Assembly: GCF_018350175.1 (NCBI RefSeq)
Contig: NC_058373.1
Coordinates: 104,348,001-104,412,000, forward strand
Source of the DNA: Felis catus
Lineage: Eukaryota
Direction: 5' to 3'
Length of the DNA: 64,000 nucleotides
The number at the start of each line of letters is the position of its first letter. The stretch's first letter is position 1. The position numbers and the translations under genes are program-made. The notes under the pieces are model-generated. The model was not told the origin of the DNA, ran no database searches, and saw nothing but the letters and a program-made list of their open reading frames with translations. Of this stretch, positions 13,561 to 25,684 are shown in pieces.

Positions 13561-14400
13561 GTTGGTTAAGTTGTGTTTGCATTTTTCTTTTAGATACAGC
13601 TGTGTGCATTTTATGATTGAGTTGTTCTGCTTTTACCTACTAAGAAAAAAAAAAAGCAATCTATTCAGCTCCCCACTTCGTGCCTCCCATCCAAGAATTA
13701 TTTGGAAGAAGTGATATATAATTATTATCTACTTTGTGTTCTGACAAAGTAAATTTGAAAATAACATGAACTTGATTTTCCTAAAAGTATTCAAAGTTAG
13801 TCCACTCAGATATCAATACAAATGAGAGCATTTTTGCATGCCTAAAACCGAAACTTGGTTTTTTGTCCTTGTTTGGTAGCAATTCCTAAGACTGTTTTTA
13901 TTTTAATTTACTATTTTGTTGTTGTTGTTGTTTGTACTTAAGCAATGTCCCCCCCTCCCCCCCCCTCCGCCCCCTTGCTAAGACACCAAAGTAAAATAGA
14001 GCAATATCTGGGCTATTTGCCCCATTCTCATGAGAAGATTTAAATGGTAGTTACACATGCTTTTATATTTGAAGATTTATGGATATTAGAAGAAAGAGAT
14101 CTGTTTTAAATACGAGTGCTGAATTACTTTCATCATCCATGCAGTCTTCACTTTGTTCTTTTATAGTCAGATAATGAAAATATCTTGAGTTCATGTTTTA
14201 CTTGAGTCTTACTTACATGAAACTCCTGAGTACCTCATAAATTGTCTGAGTGATGGTCGGAAAGTTGACACCGTCCTGTGACAGCTATGAGCAGAGATCA
14301 CTATTCATCTGTAGCCCAGAGATACAGTGATACTTTTAAACAGCTTTCAAAAAGAGTGAAAAATCTCATGAGCATATAGCACACTGCACTTTCTTCAGAT

Positions 14401-14607
14401 CAGTGCTATCCAATAGCACTTTTTACAATAATAAAAATGTTCTTTGTGCTCTCCAGCCGCAAAGACTAGTGGCTCTCTAGTAGCCACTAGTCACATGTAG
14501 CTAGTGAGCCCTTGAAGAGAAGCAACTATGATTGAAGAAGTGAATTTTTGATTTTAATTAATTGAAATTTAAAGTCACATGCAGTTAGTGGCTATTGGAC
14601 AGCATAG
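14401..14607. mobile_element. MER3-like hAT-Charlie MITE in the NAA30 3' UTR
   Basis: Inverted ends cagtgctatccaatag / ctattggacagcatag; internal agccactagtcacatg motif. Confidence 0.75.
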
Positions 14608-16349
14608 CTTTAGGTAATATTTAAGTGGGAGTAACTAAGGAAAGCATTTTCTTCAATAGGACTTTTAAAGCTAGTAATTTATTGAACTATGAAATGGAAG
14701 GGTCATGATTAAAAGTGATCTCTAAGCAAGAGTATAGCTGCACTTTTTCTATTGACTGTCTATTGCATCAATACAATATTTGACACCACCTCTCTCCCTG
14801 CCCCCGTTGTGATGTAGCCCTTCTGAGAGCCCTCTCAGTTTTTATTTGGAAGTCTTCTGGGTTGCAGAGATGCACAGATTAAAGTGCCAAAAATGGGCTG
14901 TTGATGAGACTGTCCTGTCTTCTCAGTGTTAAGATATTTTACATAGTTAAGCCTAATAATTTCTCAGTTTATATGAATTTGAGGTCATTTCATCCCTAAA
15001 TGAGGTTGGGCATTTCTCATTTTACCAGTAGTCAAACGAATATGAAAGTATATCATATTTATAGTTAAATTTTCATTCTGGAAGATCATTCATGCTGATG
15101 GAAAGGCAAGTGTTTTTTGGTTCTGAGAGAACAAGATTAATTTTGCTGTGTTCTCTGGCCACGTTGTGTGTTATCTTTGATTCTAGTTGGTCATCTAGTT
15201 CATTTAATTCATCAAAAGGGCAGGAGTGGGGGTGGAAAACACCTGGCCAAAGGGAGTGCTGGGCTTGGTACAGCTTGTTAACTGCTGGAGAAAGAGCTCA
15301 AAGCATATGTTTGTGAGCAATCAGTGTTTGATCGTCAAATTAAAAGACCTAGGGATAACAAAGACCACCAAAGTGCCAAAACCTATCTTCTACTACTTAA
15401 GAAAATGTAAACAATGTAGGGGTTATAATGTAAGGTTTTTATAATGCCAAGAAATAAGCTCATTTTTAGTTATGGATTTTCATTACTACCTCTGCTGTAT
15501 AAATATATCTCAATTTTCTAATACCTCAATTTCCTGAGATTCTGTATATGCGCTTTTGTAAATAAAAGAATTTGCCATATGCTAGGAGAAGGACCTGGCT
15601 TTTAAAGAAATTGTATAAAGACATTTGTTACTGGATTTGTTACACAGTGAATCGATTTGAAATTTCTTAAAAAAACGTTTTATAGCCTTTTCTGGTCCCA
15701 TTGAGGGTTTTTGTTTTTGTTTTTGTTTTTTTTTAGTAAACATATTCTTAGTGAGATCTGTGTTCAGGAAGCATGTACCCTGATTTGTTAATTTACAGCT
15801 TAACAAAGATTTGTATGTCTCCTATGTTTTCCTTTCATGCCAAAGAAACACTCTAAAAAGCCAGCAGGTTGCACGAACTGAAAAAAATTTTTGTACCTTA
15901 AACAGGGATTCTTAAGTTTTATTTCCTGGGATTTAGATATTTTCCAGATGAAAATATCTTCAGTTTTTTAGTTAAAGCCAGTAGAAATAATTTGTGAAAA
16001 TACATGTTTAGGAATGCATTAGTTCCATTAAGGACGTAATGACAATTTTAAGGAACTGTGCTGCATTAAAATCCACAATTGCATGAACCTTTTTAAAGCT
16101 GATCTAAGATATAATCACTAAATTTTGTGTATGTATGTGAACTACTCAGGATTCAATGGCCTAACATGTAGGGGATTGATCACTACCATCTTTAGGGCCA
16201 GATTTCCCATGGTTGCACACAGCTATTGATTGTTTTAAGGGGGCTAAACCTGCTGCCTTTAAACTTTGCTACCTCCCTCCCTCCAACTGTGGTTGTAAAC
16301 AGTGACTGCACAGTCAGCTAGCATTATACTTGATTTTATTGTGAATGCA

Positions 16350-16355
16350 AATAAA
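16350..16355 (+). terminator. Candidate distal poly(A) signal of NAA30
   Basis: AATAAA at the end of the repeat-poor UTR block. Confidence 0.55.
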
Positions 16356-16569
16356 ATTTGTTAAGTCCACCAAGTATTAACTTAGGTAAATGTAAATTGA
16401 TTTCAACCTTGTCTTTGGCCAAGTCTACTTGATAGCTTATGATAATTTGGAAATGAAGTACATCAATATGAATGTGAGCATTGTGTTTGAGTTATTGTGG
16501 GAATAATTATATTCTTCATATTTGGGACTGGTAATGAACATTTATTTGAAGTGTTTATTTCCATCCTTA

Positions 16570-16725
16570 TGATACGGGGCAAGTTTCTTAACCTCCTCTG
16601 AGCCTTTAGTGATTACTACCTGATAGGCATATTGTGAAGAATAAATTGAGATAATTTATGTAAATCACGTTAACAATGCCTAGTAGCTTAGTGCATAGTA
16701 AAGAATAAATGGTAATTTGTGTTAT
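16570..16725 (+). mobile_element. MIR fragment
   Basis: gggcaagtttcttaacctc...tgtgaagaataaattgagataatttatgtaaa...aatgcctag. Confidence 0.65.
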
Positions 16726-17264
16726 TGGTATTTAATATTGGTATACATAATGTTAATATATATACCATAGGATGTAGTAATTTTGTATTTTGGTCATTGG
16801 GTTTTGTAGTAACATTTAAGTGGCAAAAGTCATCCAAATATTATGTTAGATCTTATGAGAGTAGCCTAAACTATAGCAGGTGAAGAGAAAAAAACTTTCT
16901 GCCATTTTATTATAGAGAATATTAAAATAGAAGAGTATAGTGATCTCTTCATGTACTTACTTCTCTTGGCTAGGTCCAACAGCATGGCCAGTCTGGCCCT
17001 ATCATTCCCCACCACCCCTTCTCATATCTTTTCAAAACAAATCCCAGAGATTATATCTTACCTATAAATATTTCAGTACTTATCTCAAATGGTAAGGTCT
17101 CATTTTTAAAGCAAAACCACAATACCATTACACATAGTAATCCTTAATCATCATACAACCAGTATTAATGCTCCAATTTCTAGGAAATTGTTTTTCATAG
17201 CAGCATTGAGATGTATAAGAAGTGGAGGATAAATAAAATGAAAACAGAGGAGGCTACTTTTTTC

Positions 17265-17416
17265 TTTTCTTTTTTGAGTATACTTTATTGTCAAATTGCT
17301 TTCCATACAACAGCCGGTGCTCATACCAACAGGTGCCCTCCCCAATGCCCATCGCCCACTTTCCCCTCTCCCCCACATACCCATCAATCCTTAGTTTGTT
17401 CTCGGTACTTAAGAGT
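17265..17416 (-). mobile_element. 5'-truncated L1 3' end (~150 bp)
   Basis: Carnivore L1 3' terminus; 16-bp TSD ggaggctacttttttc at 17249-17264 and 17417-17432. Confidence 0.9.
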
Positions 17417-17939
17417 GGAGGCTACTTTTTTCAAAGAGGATGAAAGATTTCTGTTACAAGGACAGTAGATTTGGAGGTACAGACACATGACTAAGGGAAA
17501 GAGTAAGTGGGGAGGCAGAGTAAGGTTGAAAGCAGGGGCTGTACCTAGTACCCCAAGTACTTAGTGTTTTCCTGTGGGAAAACATGGAGAAACATTGGGG
17601 AAGAAATGGAATTGATAAATCTGGCAAAATTGCCAACAGTGACAAAGGAATGACTATTAAGAGAAGGGCTTGGGCTTTTGAAATATCATCAACAAACCAT
17701 GGCAGAAAAGACACTTGGGTGAGCAGGAAAGGATATGGTTGGTAAAATAGGCACAAAATTTTAATGGGGATGAACGCGCAAGTGAATGCAGGGGTTTTGT
17801 TTTTGTTTTTGTTTTTCTTTTGGAAGAAAAGGTGGCGAAAGGATAAGGATCACCCTATATCCAAACACCTCAATACTGTGGTCAGAAAGGGATCAACAGA
17901 GAAATAAGGACAAATTTGTTACAGCAATTATCAGAACTT

Positions 17940-18448
17940 TTTTTTTTTTTTGAGTCAATAGTTTATTCCTTTATATTGCTGAAAAGTTCCACTGTATGGA
18001 AGTACCACAGTTTGTCTACCCACTCAATTTTTTTTAACTTTATTTTTTATTTTTTTAAATTTACATCCAAATTAGCATATAGCGCAACAATGATTTCAGG
18101 AGTAGATTCCTTAATGCCCCTTACCCATTTAGCCCATCCCCCCTCCCACAACCCCTCCAGCAACCCTTAGTTTGTTCTCCATATTTAAGAGTCTCTTCTG
18201 TTTTGTCCCCCTCCCTGTTTTTATATTATTTTTGTTTCCCTTCCCTTATGTTCATCTGTTTTGTCTCTTAAAGTCCTCATATGAGTGAAGTCATGATTTT
18301 TGTCTTTCTGTGACTAATTTCACTTAGCATAATACCCTCCAGTTCCATCCACGTAGTTGCAAATGGCAAGATTTCATTCTTTTTGATTGCCGAGTAATAC
18401 TCCATTGTATACATATACCACATTTTCTTTATCCATTCATCCATCGAT
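17940..18448 (-). mobile_element. 5'-truncated L1 carrying a 3' transduction
   Basis: 15-bp TSD caattatcagaactt at 17925-17939 and 18449-18463; two T-tails separated by 76 bp. Confidence 0.88.
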
Positions 18449-18888
18449 CAATTATCAGAACTTCTAAGGAAATCCTAAACTACGTGGCTAGAGTTGCTAG
18501 GAATGTACCAAATCAGGAGATTTTGTGAAGGTTTTGGTAGTGTAGCTTACACTAAATGCATATAGAGTGTGAATTACGTACAGAATCTTGGTTCTCTCAA
18601 ATCAGTGAGTCCAGTTTTCACTTTGTTTAAGAGAACAACTGACTGGAGACACAGAAGAACACCTAGACGTCATTGTGCAACTGAGGAGAGGATCAGTGTG
18701 GTCTGGCCTGATACGGGATACTTGTAGCTGCTGGGGTGTGACCCCCTCAGCCCAGAGTTGGAGAGACCTGTGATTAGTGTTCTCTTTCCAATGCTGGGAG
18801 AGCAGCAGAGTAATAGTAGTAATAAGTTGGATGCGATGAGATGCCTTCTTACAGTTTTCAGAGCAGTTTTCACCTACCTTTACTCCAT

Positions 18889-19099
18889 CTTTTTTTTTTT
18901 AAGTTTTTAAATTTATATTGAGAGAGAGTGTGCATGGGCAGGAGCGGGGAAAGGTCAGCGAGAGGGAGAGAATCCCAAGCAGTCTCCATGCTGTAAGAGC
19001 AGAGCCTGACACAGGGCTTGATCCCATGGAGCTTGAGATCATGACCTGAGCAGAAATCAAGAGTTGGATGTTTAACTGAGTGAGCCACCCAGGCACCCC
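18889..19099 (-). mobile_element. Can-SINE
   Basis: Ends caggcacccc; short TSD tccatcttt. Confidence 0.9.
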
Positions 19100-19844
19100 T
19101 AATTCCATCTTTAAAAAGGTCTGTTGAGATGGAAAGATAAAACTGATGCTCCAAGTGCTTAAATGACACTTCTGTCTAAGGGCATACACAGTGATGAGAC
19201 CCAAACCCAGACCTCCTGAGTCTCCTTGATCAGGTTTTCTTCCCACCACATTCAGTGTTTGATGAAACCAAAAGACAATAGAATCCAATGTGTTTCATTC
19301 TGGTGGATAAAATTAAAACGTTAAAGAATTCTACTAAATTATTTAAATTCAGCTGTTGGATTCAGCATAAAATTTAAATGCTCAAACTGTTTAATCGGTC
19401 CAATTTGTACAATCCTTTGAAGGATTTAGGATCAAGTGGTTCTTAATATCTAATTGCTGTCTAATCATTAGGTCTATAGTATCTTTCAAGAGGACTGAAT
19501 TTGGTTTCTTTTTTAAAACGTTTCCTTGCGTATTGTCTCATTCTGTAAAGGCTGAACACTCATTTATATATTTGTTTAAATTTCCCAAATGTTTTGCTTT
19601 AGCATGTAACTCTTGCCATATTTCCAGTAAACTTTCACTTTGTTAAAAACCAAATAAGCCCATGGAAATACTTCTGTTTAAGGGAAAGGATGGAGTTCAC
19701 AGAAAAGCAACCTTGATTATTAATCAAGTTTGAAGTCTACTTAAAGTATGTAAAAATAGTTCAAAACACCATGCAAAATTGGGGGCGTATTAATATTCTC
19801 TTCGTAGTGCTAAGCCTACATTAATGCAAACATTAGGAGATTAT

Positions 19845-19912
19845 ATTTGTGTATATATGTGTATATATGTGTGTATGTGTATGTATTTACATGTGTATGT
19901 GTATGTATGTAT
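19845..19912. repeat. (TA/TG/TATG)n low-complexity repeat
   Basis: Seen directly. Confidence 0.8.
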
Positions 19913-21057
19913 TTTTTAAATAGACCATGTTCCTGGTGGTAAAAACTTGCTTGAATTAGAGTATCAGTTGCTGGTTATACAGTGTAAAGTGATTGGGTTT
20001 GTCTATAAAGCTGCCTTTAAATACATTTGGATGCTAATAAGAAACGGTGTCACTTGATAACACTGGACAGTTAGGCATGTCAAGCATAGTATGGAAGAAA
20101 ACCTGTGTCATTTCCCCACTCATAAAAACGGGGTTATCACTATTGGCCTTTCAGGTTGGTGATACAGGTTCCACTGAAGTATAACTCCATGACAATGGGG
20201 AATTTGTCCATGGCTGTATTTTTTCACTGCCCAGAACGGTGCCTGGAACATATTAGGCATAAAATAAATGCTTATTACCTAAAAGTATTACTTGATGCAG
20301 ATTACTTTTTAAAGTGCACAACAGAAAGTTTTCAGACTTAACATCATCAAAAGTATCGAAGGTGTTAACTGGTAGACAATCTGTGTATTTCCCTCCCTCC
20401 CTTTCTCTCCTCTTCCAATATGCTTCATGGATGTGTGCATCTCCTGCCAATGTTCTTTACCTTTACATCATAAGGTCATGAGAGATTATTTCCTGCCATG
20501 AGGCAACAGCTCTATTCCATTACCTATTAAACAGTTACTGGGGACCTGCTCTGGGCCAGCCATCACGTTAAGCACAAAGAAGACAGGGCCAGTCAAATGG
20601 CTTTTGTGAGGCTTACAGGCCACCCTGAAGCTCTGTGTGGAACGCAGAGGTAATCGCCAAACTGTTTTGTTTTATGATTGCAGAGATGTTAAGAAGGCAA
20701 AAACTCTGAAGAATCAGTAAGATCCCAGATATTTTTCTTTCTGAATTTTTGTCCTGCTCTTTTAAAAAGAGAACCAAGCAAAGGCCTACTGTATTATGAA
20801 CATAAAGATTCTTTTTATCATGTCAAACATTCAAATCCTCAGACACATTACAATTAACCCTAAGTTGTAAATGAGACCTATACATTTGAAGAAGAAAGTT
20901 GGATGGAAATTGAGATATCTGATTTATATATTTTGTCCCAAATGAAATAACTTTTCATGAAACCTAATGCAGTTGGACGCTTATTTTGTTTTAAAGTTAT
21001 TTCTATGTAACTTCAGTTATGAGGAATAACTTTAGTGCTTTAAAACTTACAGTGCTT

Positions 21058-21263
21058 GGGGCGCCTGGGTGGTTCAGTCGGTTAAGCATCCGCCTTGGGC
21101 TCAGGTCATGATCTTGTGTTCGTGGGTTCGAGTAACGCATCAGGCTCTGTGCTGACAGGTCAGAGCGTGGACCCTGCCTCAGATTTTGTCTCCCTCTCTC
21201 TCTGCCTCTCCCTTGCTTGCTCTCTGTTTCTCTCTCTCTCAAAAATAAATAAACTTAAAAAAA
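21058..21263 (+). mobile_element. Can-SINE
   Basis: GGGGCGCCTGGGTGG head, CT tract, A tail. Confidence 0.92.
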
Positions 21264-22076
21264 ACCCTGATGGTGCTTTTAAAACTTACAGTATACATTT
21301 TCAAGTTTTTCTAACCCATAACCTAAATTTTCCCATTCCTTGGCCACCCAATATGTCACTTCTGTCTCCTCCACCCAAAGAAACTTGTCAAGTCAGCTAT
21401 ATAGCCCATCTGCTGGCAGAGCCAAGAACAGGACACATCTTTTCAGTCAAATCAGCCTATTGACAGCAAGGAGAAGGCCAAAAAACAAAAATTGATGGAA
21501 GCAAAAGGGCCAAGAGTCTTGTCATTTAAATAGACAGAAGAAAGGGAAAGAATATTAGAGATTTTTTGTGAACTGATATAGAGAGGGTTCTGAGTCTTAA
21601 CACAGAATGATTTTATTTCTTACAAAAAGACATTTAAAAATCTTGTAAGGATATTATCTTTCCAAAATGCAGTGTTAGCAAAAATCATTGCGTCTACCTC
21701 TAAAGATAGGTAGCTTTTTTGCTTAGTTTGCCTTCACTAAGGGGAAACTGTGATTGACTTTTCTGCGTGTGTATGTGAGTCAACCGTATTTTTGACTTCG
21801 TTGGGAAGTACTGAATTCTCTTTGGGATGCTATGTGTGAGCTCGGTTTTTATTTTTTTAAATTTTTTTTAGGCCTCAAGGATTTAACTAAATTAATTACC
21901 AGCTAGCTTATGTGTTTGGATACCTAGGTAGAGGGACACCTGGGAAGTAATTTCAATCTTTTTGGTACCAAGTCTGAGCCTGGGAGATGAATCTGCACTG
22001 GGCAGACAGTGGGCAACCATTCAGCACAAAGACTGAGGGACTGAGTGGTGGATTGTTGCAAGGATTAGAAGAGGTG

Positions 22077-22079
<3 letters not shown>

Positions 22080-22122
<43 letters not shown>

Positions 22123-22229
22123 TTTTTATTTTATTTTGTTTTATTTTATTTTTTTATTTTTTATTTTTTTAATATATGAAATTGATTGTCAAATTGGTTT
22201 CCATACAACACCCAGTGCTCATCCCAAAA
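22080..22229 (-). mobile_element. Very short L1 3' end with (GT)20 in its tail
   Basis: 14-bp TSD tagaagaggtgttt at 22066-22079 and 22230-22243. Confidence 0.85.
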
Positions 22230-22740
22230 TAGAAGAGGTGTTTAAATTCCCAGCTAGAACACATCATTTGGGCAGCTGACCTGTACTGAGCACCCACTAT
22301 GTACCAGTCATGGCATCTAGCACTGTAGAGAAAAATCTCCACTCCTTTCACATCACATAGTCTGTGAGGTCCAAGACGGCAGAAGTCTAGAGAAGGGAGG
22401 AGAAGGGGCTAACTGAAGGCCAGGGGGTCCTAGAGTTATTTGTATTCTCCCAGTAGACTCCCTATATTCAAACGGGAAGCTTGGGAACACTTAAATAAGC
22501 TTTCAGATGTGTGGCGAGTCAGAGCTCCAGAAGGCAAATTTTGAAAGAGTCATTAGGAAACAAGGGAGAAGTCCTCTCACTTGTAAGCAGTTGAAAACTG
22601 GGCGACACGAGTAGGGCAATTTGGCTGGATCTGTTCAGCAGCCCAATTTTCTCTTTTCGGGTCATAACCAGCATCTTGGAGCCTCTCTTTGTCCTTCCTC
22701 TGAAAGACAAAATTCCAAAGGCATTTGTGAGTATCGTTGG

Positions 22741-22741
<1 letters not shown>

Positions 22742-22790
<49 letters not shown>
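22742..22790. repeat. (TG)n microsatellite
   Basis: Seen directly. Confidence 0.95.
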
Positions 22791-22791
<1 letters not shown>

Positions 22792-22799
22792 GGAGGAGG

Positions 22800-23180
22800 T
22801 GTCATCTACAAAGCTCCCTCGGAAATATCCCCTTAATCTTCCCTGCTACTGGGAGTGCTGCCCGCACAATCCTCAGCTGTCAGCCTCCCTCAGGAACTAT
22901 CTCAGCCAAAGAGATCTGCTTTGCTCAATGTTCCGTGCCTTCCTAGGGCAGCGCATATCCAAGGCCTGAGTAATGCGGGCAGGAAAGGCCGGTGGCCCTG
23001 TGCTCAACGGCCATCCCGGCACCAGAACGCCCCTTCCATTGGCCGAGACTTGGTGGGGGCTGCATGCCAGCCCAGCCATCTCTGCTCAATCCTGCTCCCT
23101 AAGAGTACTTCCTGACAAACTTCTGGATGCTGACCTCCATCCCACGGTCTGCTTTTCCAGGAAGCCCGTTTGCAACATAG
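22800..23180 (+). mobile_element. Old ERVL-type LTR (LTR16-like)
   Basis: 3' end aaacttctggatgctgacctccatcccacggtctgcttttccaggaagccc resembles LTR16 termini. Confidence 0.5.
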
Positions 23181-23444
23181 GCATGCTTGGAGGACTCAAG
23201 AGACTTGTGGAGAGACTGAGGCCCTTTTAGAAAATGGCGTCAATGCTGACCATCTTTGTGTTTCTGCCTGTCAAGGATGATGGAATATTGGAGGACTGTG
23301 GCAGGAAAATCAGAGCCGCTGCCAGAGTCTAGGTTTAGGGGAAGGATATTGAAAGGGCAAAATCAACCCAGTCAAAATCAAGTCAGGGTGAAAAGCACTG
23401 CTTGGGAGTCAATGAGATTTGGGTTCAAATCATGTGTGTGTTAC

Positions 23445-25189
23445 AAAGAAATGGAAAAACATTCATGCTCATGGATTGGAAGAACAAATATTGTTAAAAT
23501 GTCTATAAAATGTATAGACTGTAGTATAAAATGTCGATACTACCCAAAGCAATCTACACATTCAATGCAATCCCTATCAAAATAACACCAGCATTCTTCA
23601 CAGAGCTAGAACAAACAATCCTAAAATTTGCATGGAACCAGAAAGGACCCTGAATAGCCAAAGCAATCTTGAAAAAGAAAACCAAAGCTGGAGGCATCAC
23701 AATTCTGGACTTCAGGCTGTATTAGAAACCTGTAATCATCAAGACGGTACGGTACTGGCACAAAACAGGCAAATAGATAAGTGGAACAGAATAGAGAACC
23801 CAGGAATGGACCCACAAATATATGGCCAACTAATCTTTGACACAACAGGAAAGAATATCCAATGGAATAAAGGCTGTCTCTTCAGCAAGTGGTGCTGGGA
23901 AAACTGAACAGTGACAAGCAGAAGAATGAAACTGGACCACTTTCTTACACCATACACAAAAATAAACTCAAAATGGATGAAAGGTCTTTAGGATGAAAGA
24001 CCTAAACATGTGATAGGAAACCACAAAAATTCTAGAGGACAAAACAGGCAACAACCTCTTTGACCTCGGCCACAGCAACTTCTCACTAGACATGTCTCTC
24101 GAGGCAAGGGAAACAAAAGCAAAGATGAACTACTGGGACCTCATCAAAATAAAAAGCTTCTGCACAGTGAAGGAAACAATCAGCAAAACTAAAAGGCAAC
24201 CAACAGAATGGGAGAAGATACTTGCAAATGACATATCAGATAAAGGGTTAGTATCCAAAATCTGTAAAGAAATGATCAAACTCAACACCCAAAAAGCAAA
24301 TAATCCAGTGAATAATGGAAGGAATACATAAATAGACACTTTTCCAAAGGAGACATCCAGATGGCTAACAGACACATGAAAAAATACTCATCATTCATCA
24401 TCAGGGAAATACAAATCAGAACCACAATGAGATACCACCCCACACCTGTCAGAATGGCTAACATTAACAACTCAGGCAAACGACAGATGTTAGCAAGGAT
24501 GTGGAGAAAGAGGAACCTTTTTGCACTGTTGTGGGAATGCAAACTGGTGCAGCCACTCTGGAAAACAGTATGGAGCTTCCTCAAAAAATTAAAAATATAA
24601 CTACCCTATGACCCAGCAATTGCACTACTAGGTATTTATACAAAAGATATAAAAATGCTGATTTGAAGGAGCACATGCACCCCAATGTTTATAACAGTGT
24701 TATCAACAATAGTCAAATTATGGAAAGAGCCCAAATGCCCATCAACTGATGAATGGATAAAGATGAGGTTGTATGTAGATACAACAGAATACTACTTGGC
24801 AATAAAAAAAAGAATGAAATCTTGCCATTTGCAAAATGTGGATAGAACAGGAGGGTGTCATGCTAAGTGAAATAAGTCAGACAGAGAAAGACAAATATCG
24901 TATGATTTCACTCATATGTGGAATTCAAGAAACACAACAGATGACCATAGTGTAAGGAAGGAAAAATTAGACAAAACCAGAGGGGGAGGCAAACCATAAA
25001 GAGACTCTTAAATACAGAGAACAAACTGAGGGTTGCTGGAGGGGAGGAAGATGGGGGCATGGGCGAGATGGGTGCAGGGCATTAAGGAGGGCGCTTGTTG
25101 GGATGAGCACTGAATGTTATATGTAAGTGATGAGTCACTGGGTTCTACTCCTGAAACCCATACTACACTGTATGTCAACTAACTTGAAT

Positions 25190-25225
<36 letters not shown>
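23445..25225 (+). mobile_element. 5'-truncated carnivore L1 (ORF2 C-terminus + 3' UTR) inserted in a MIR
   Basis: Frameshifted ORF2 peptides ([40 protein letters not shown]); (TAAA)n tail; MIR halves at ~23385-23432 and ~25228-25345. Confidence 0.95.
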
Positions 25226-25684
25226 AGTCTCTGTTTGACTTTAGATGAGTTATTTAAACACTTCAAACCTCAGTTTTCTCATCTGGAAAATAGAAATAAT
25301 AAAAATTACTTCATATATTTGTGGCAATGATTAAACATTACCAATAGCTATGACATGATGTACTCAAATTTGTCATCATCAACATCATCATCATTTAATA
25401 ATGAAGTATTCAGAGCCTATGTCACATAGGCAGACCAAGGACAGAGCTTGGAGTACCTGTGACATCAACCTGTCCGGCTCTCTGAAGTCTGGGAATATAA
25501 GGGCAGAATCCAAATATAAGACAACACAATTAGTGGCTGCCACCTGGGCTGAAGAACCCATCCTCTTATCCTTTTGGACCTTGATCTGTAACCTGTCACC
25601 TTTGAGACAAATGTGACCAAAGTCAGGCCACCAAGGCCTAGATGATAACGGTCTACAACCAGAGAAGTCCTGTATGTGGGGATG

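Larger units (their letters stand above)
10242..16380 (+). other. NAA30: NAA30 long 3' UTR (end inferred)
   Basis: AT-rich, nearly TE-free ~6 kb stretch after the stop; AATAAA at 13555, 15561 and 16350; repeats resume at ~16570. Confidence 0.7.

Noticed and set aside
13949..13975. C-rich run (G-quadruplex on the minus strand)
   Set aside because: Short low-complexity tract with no further evidence of function.
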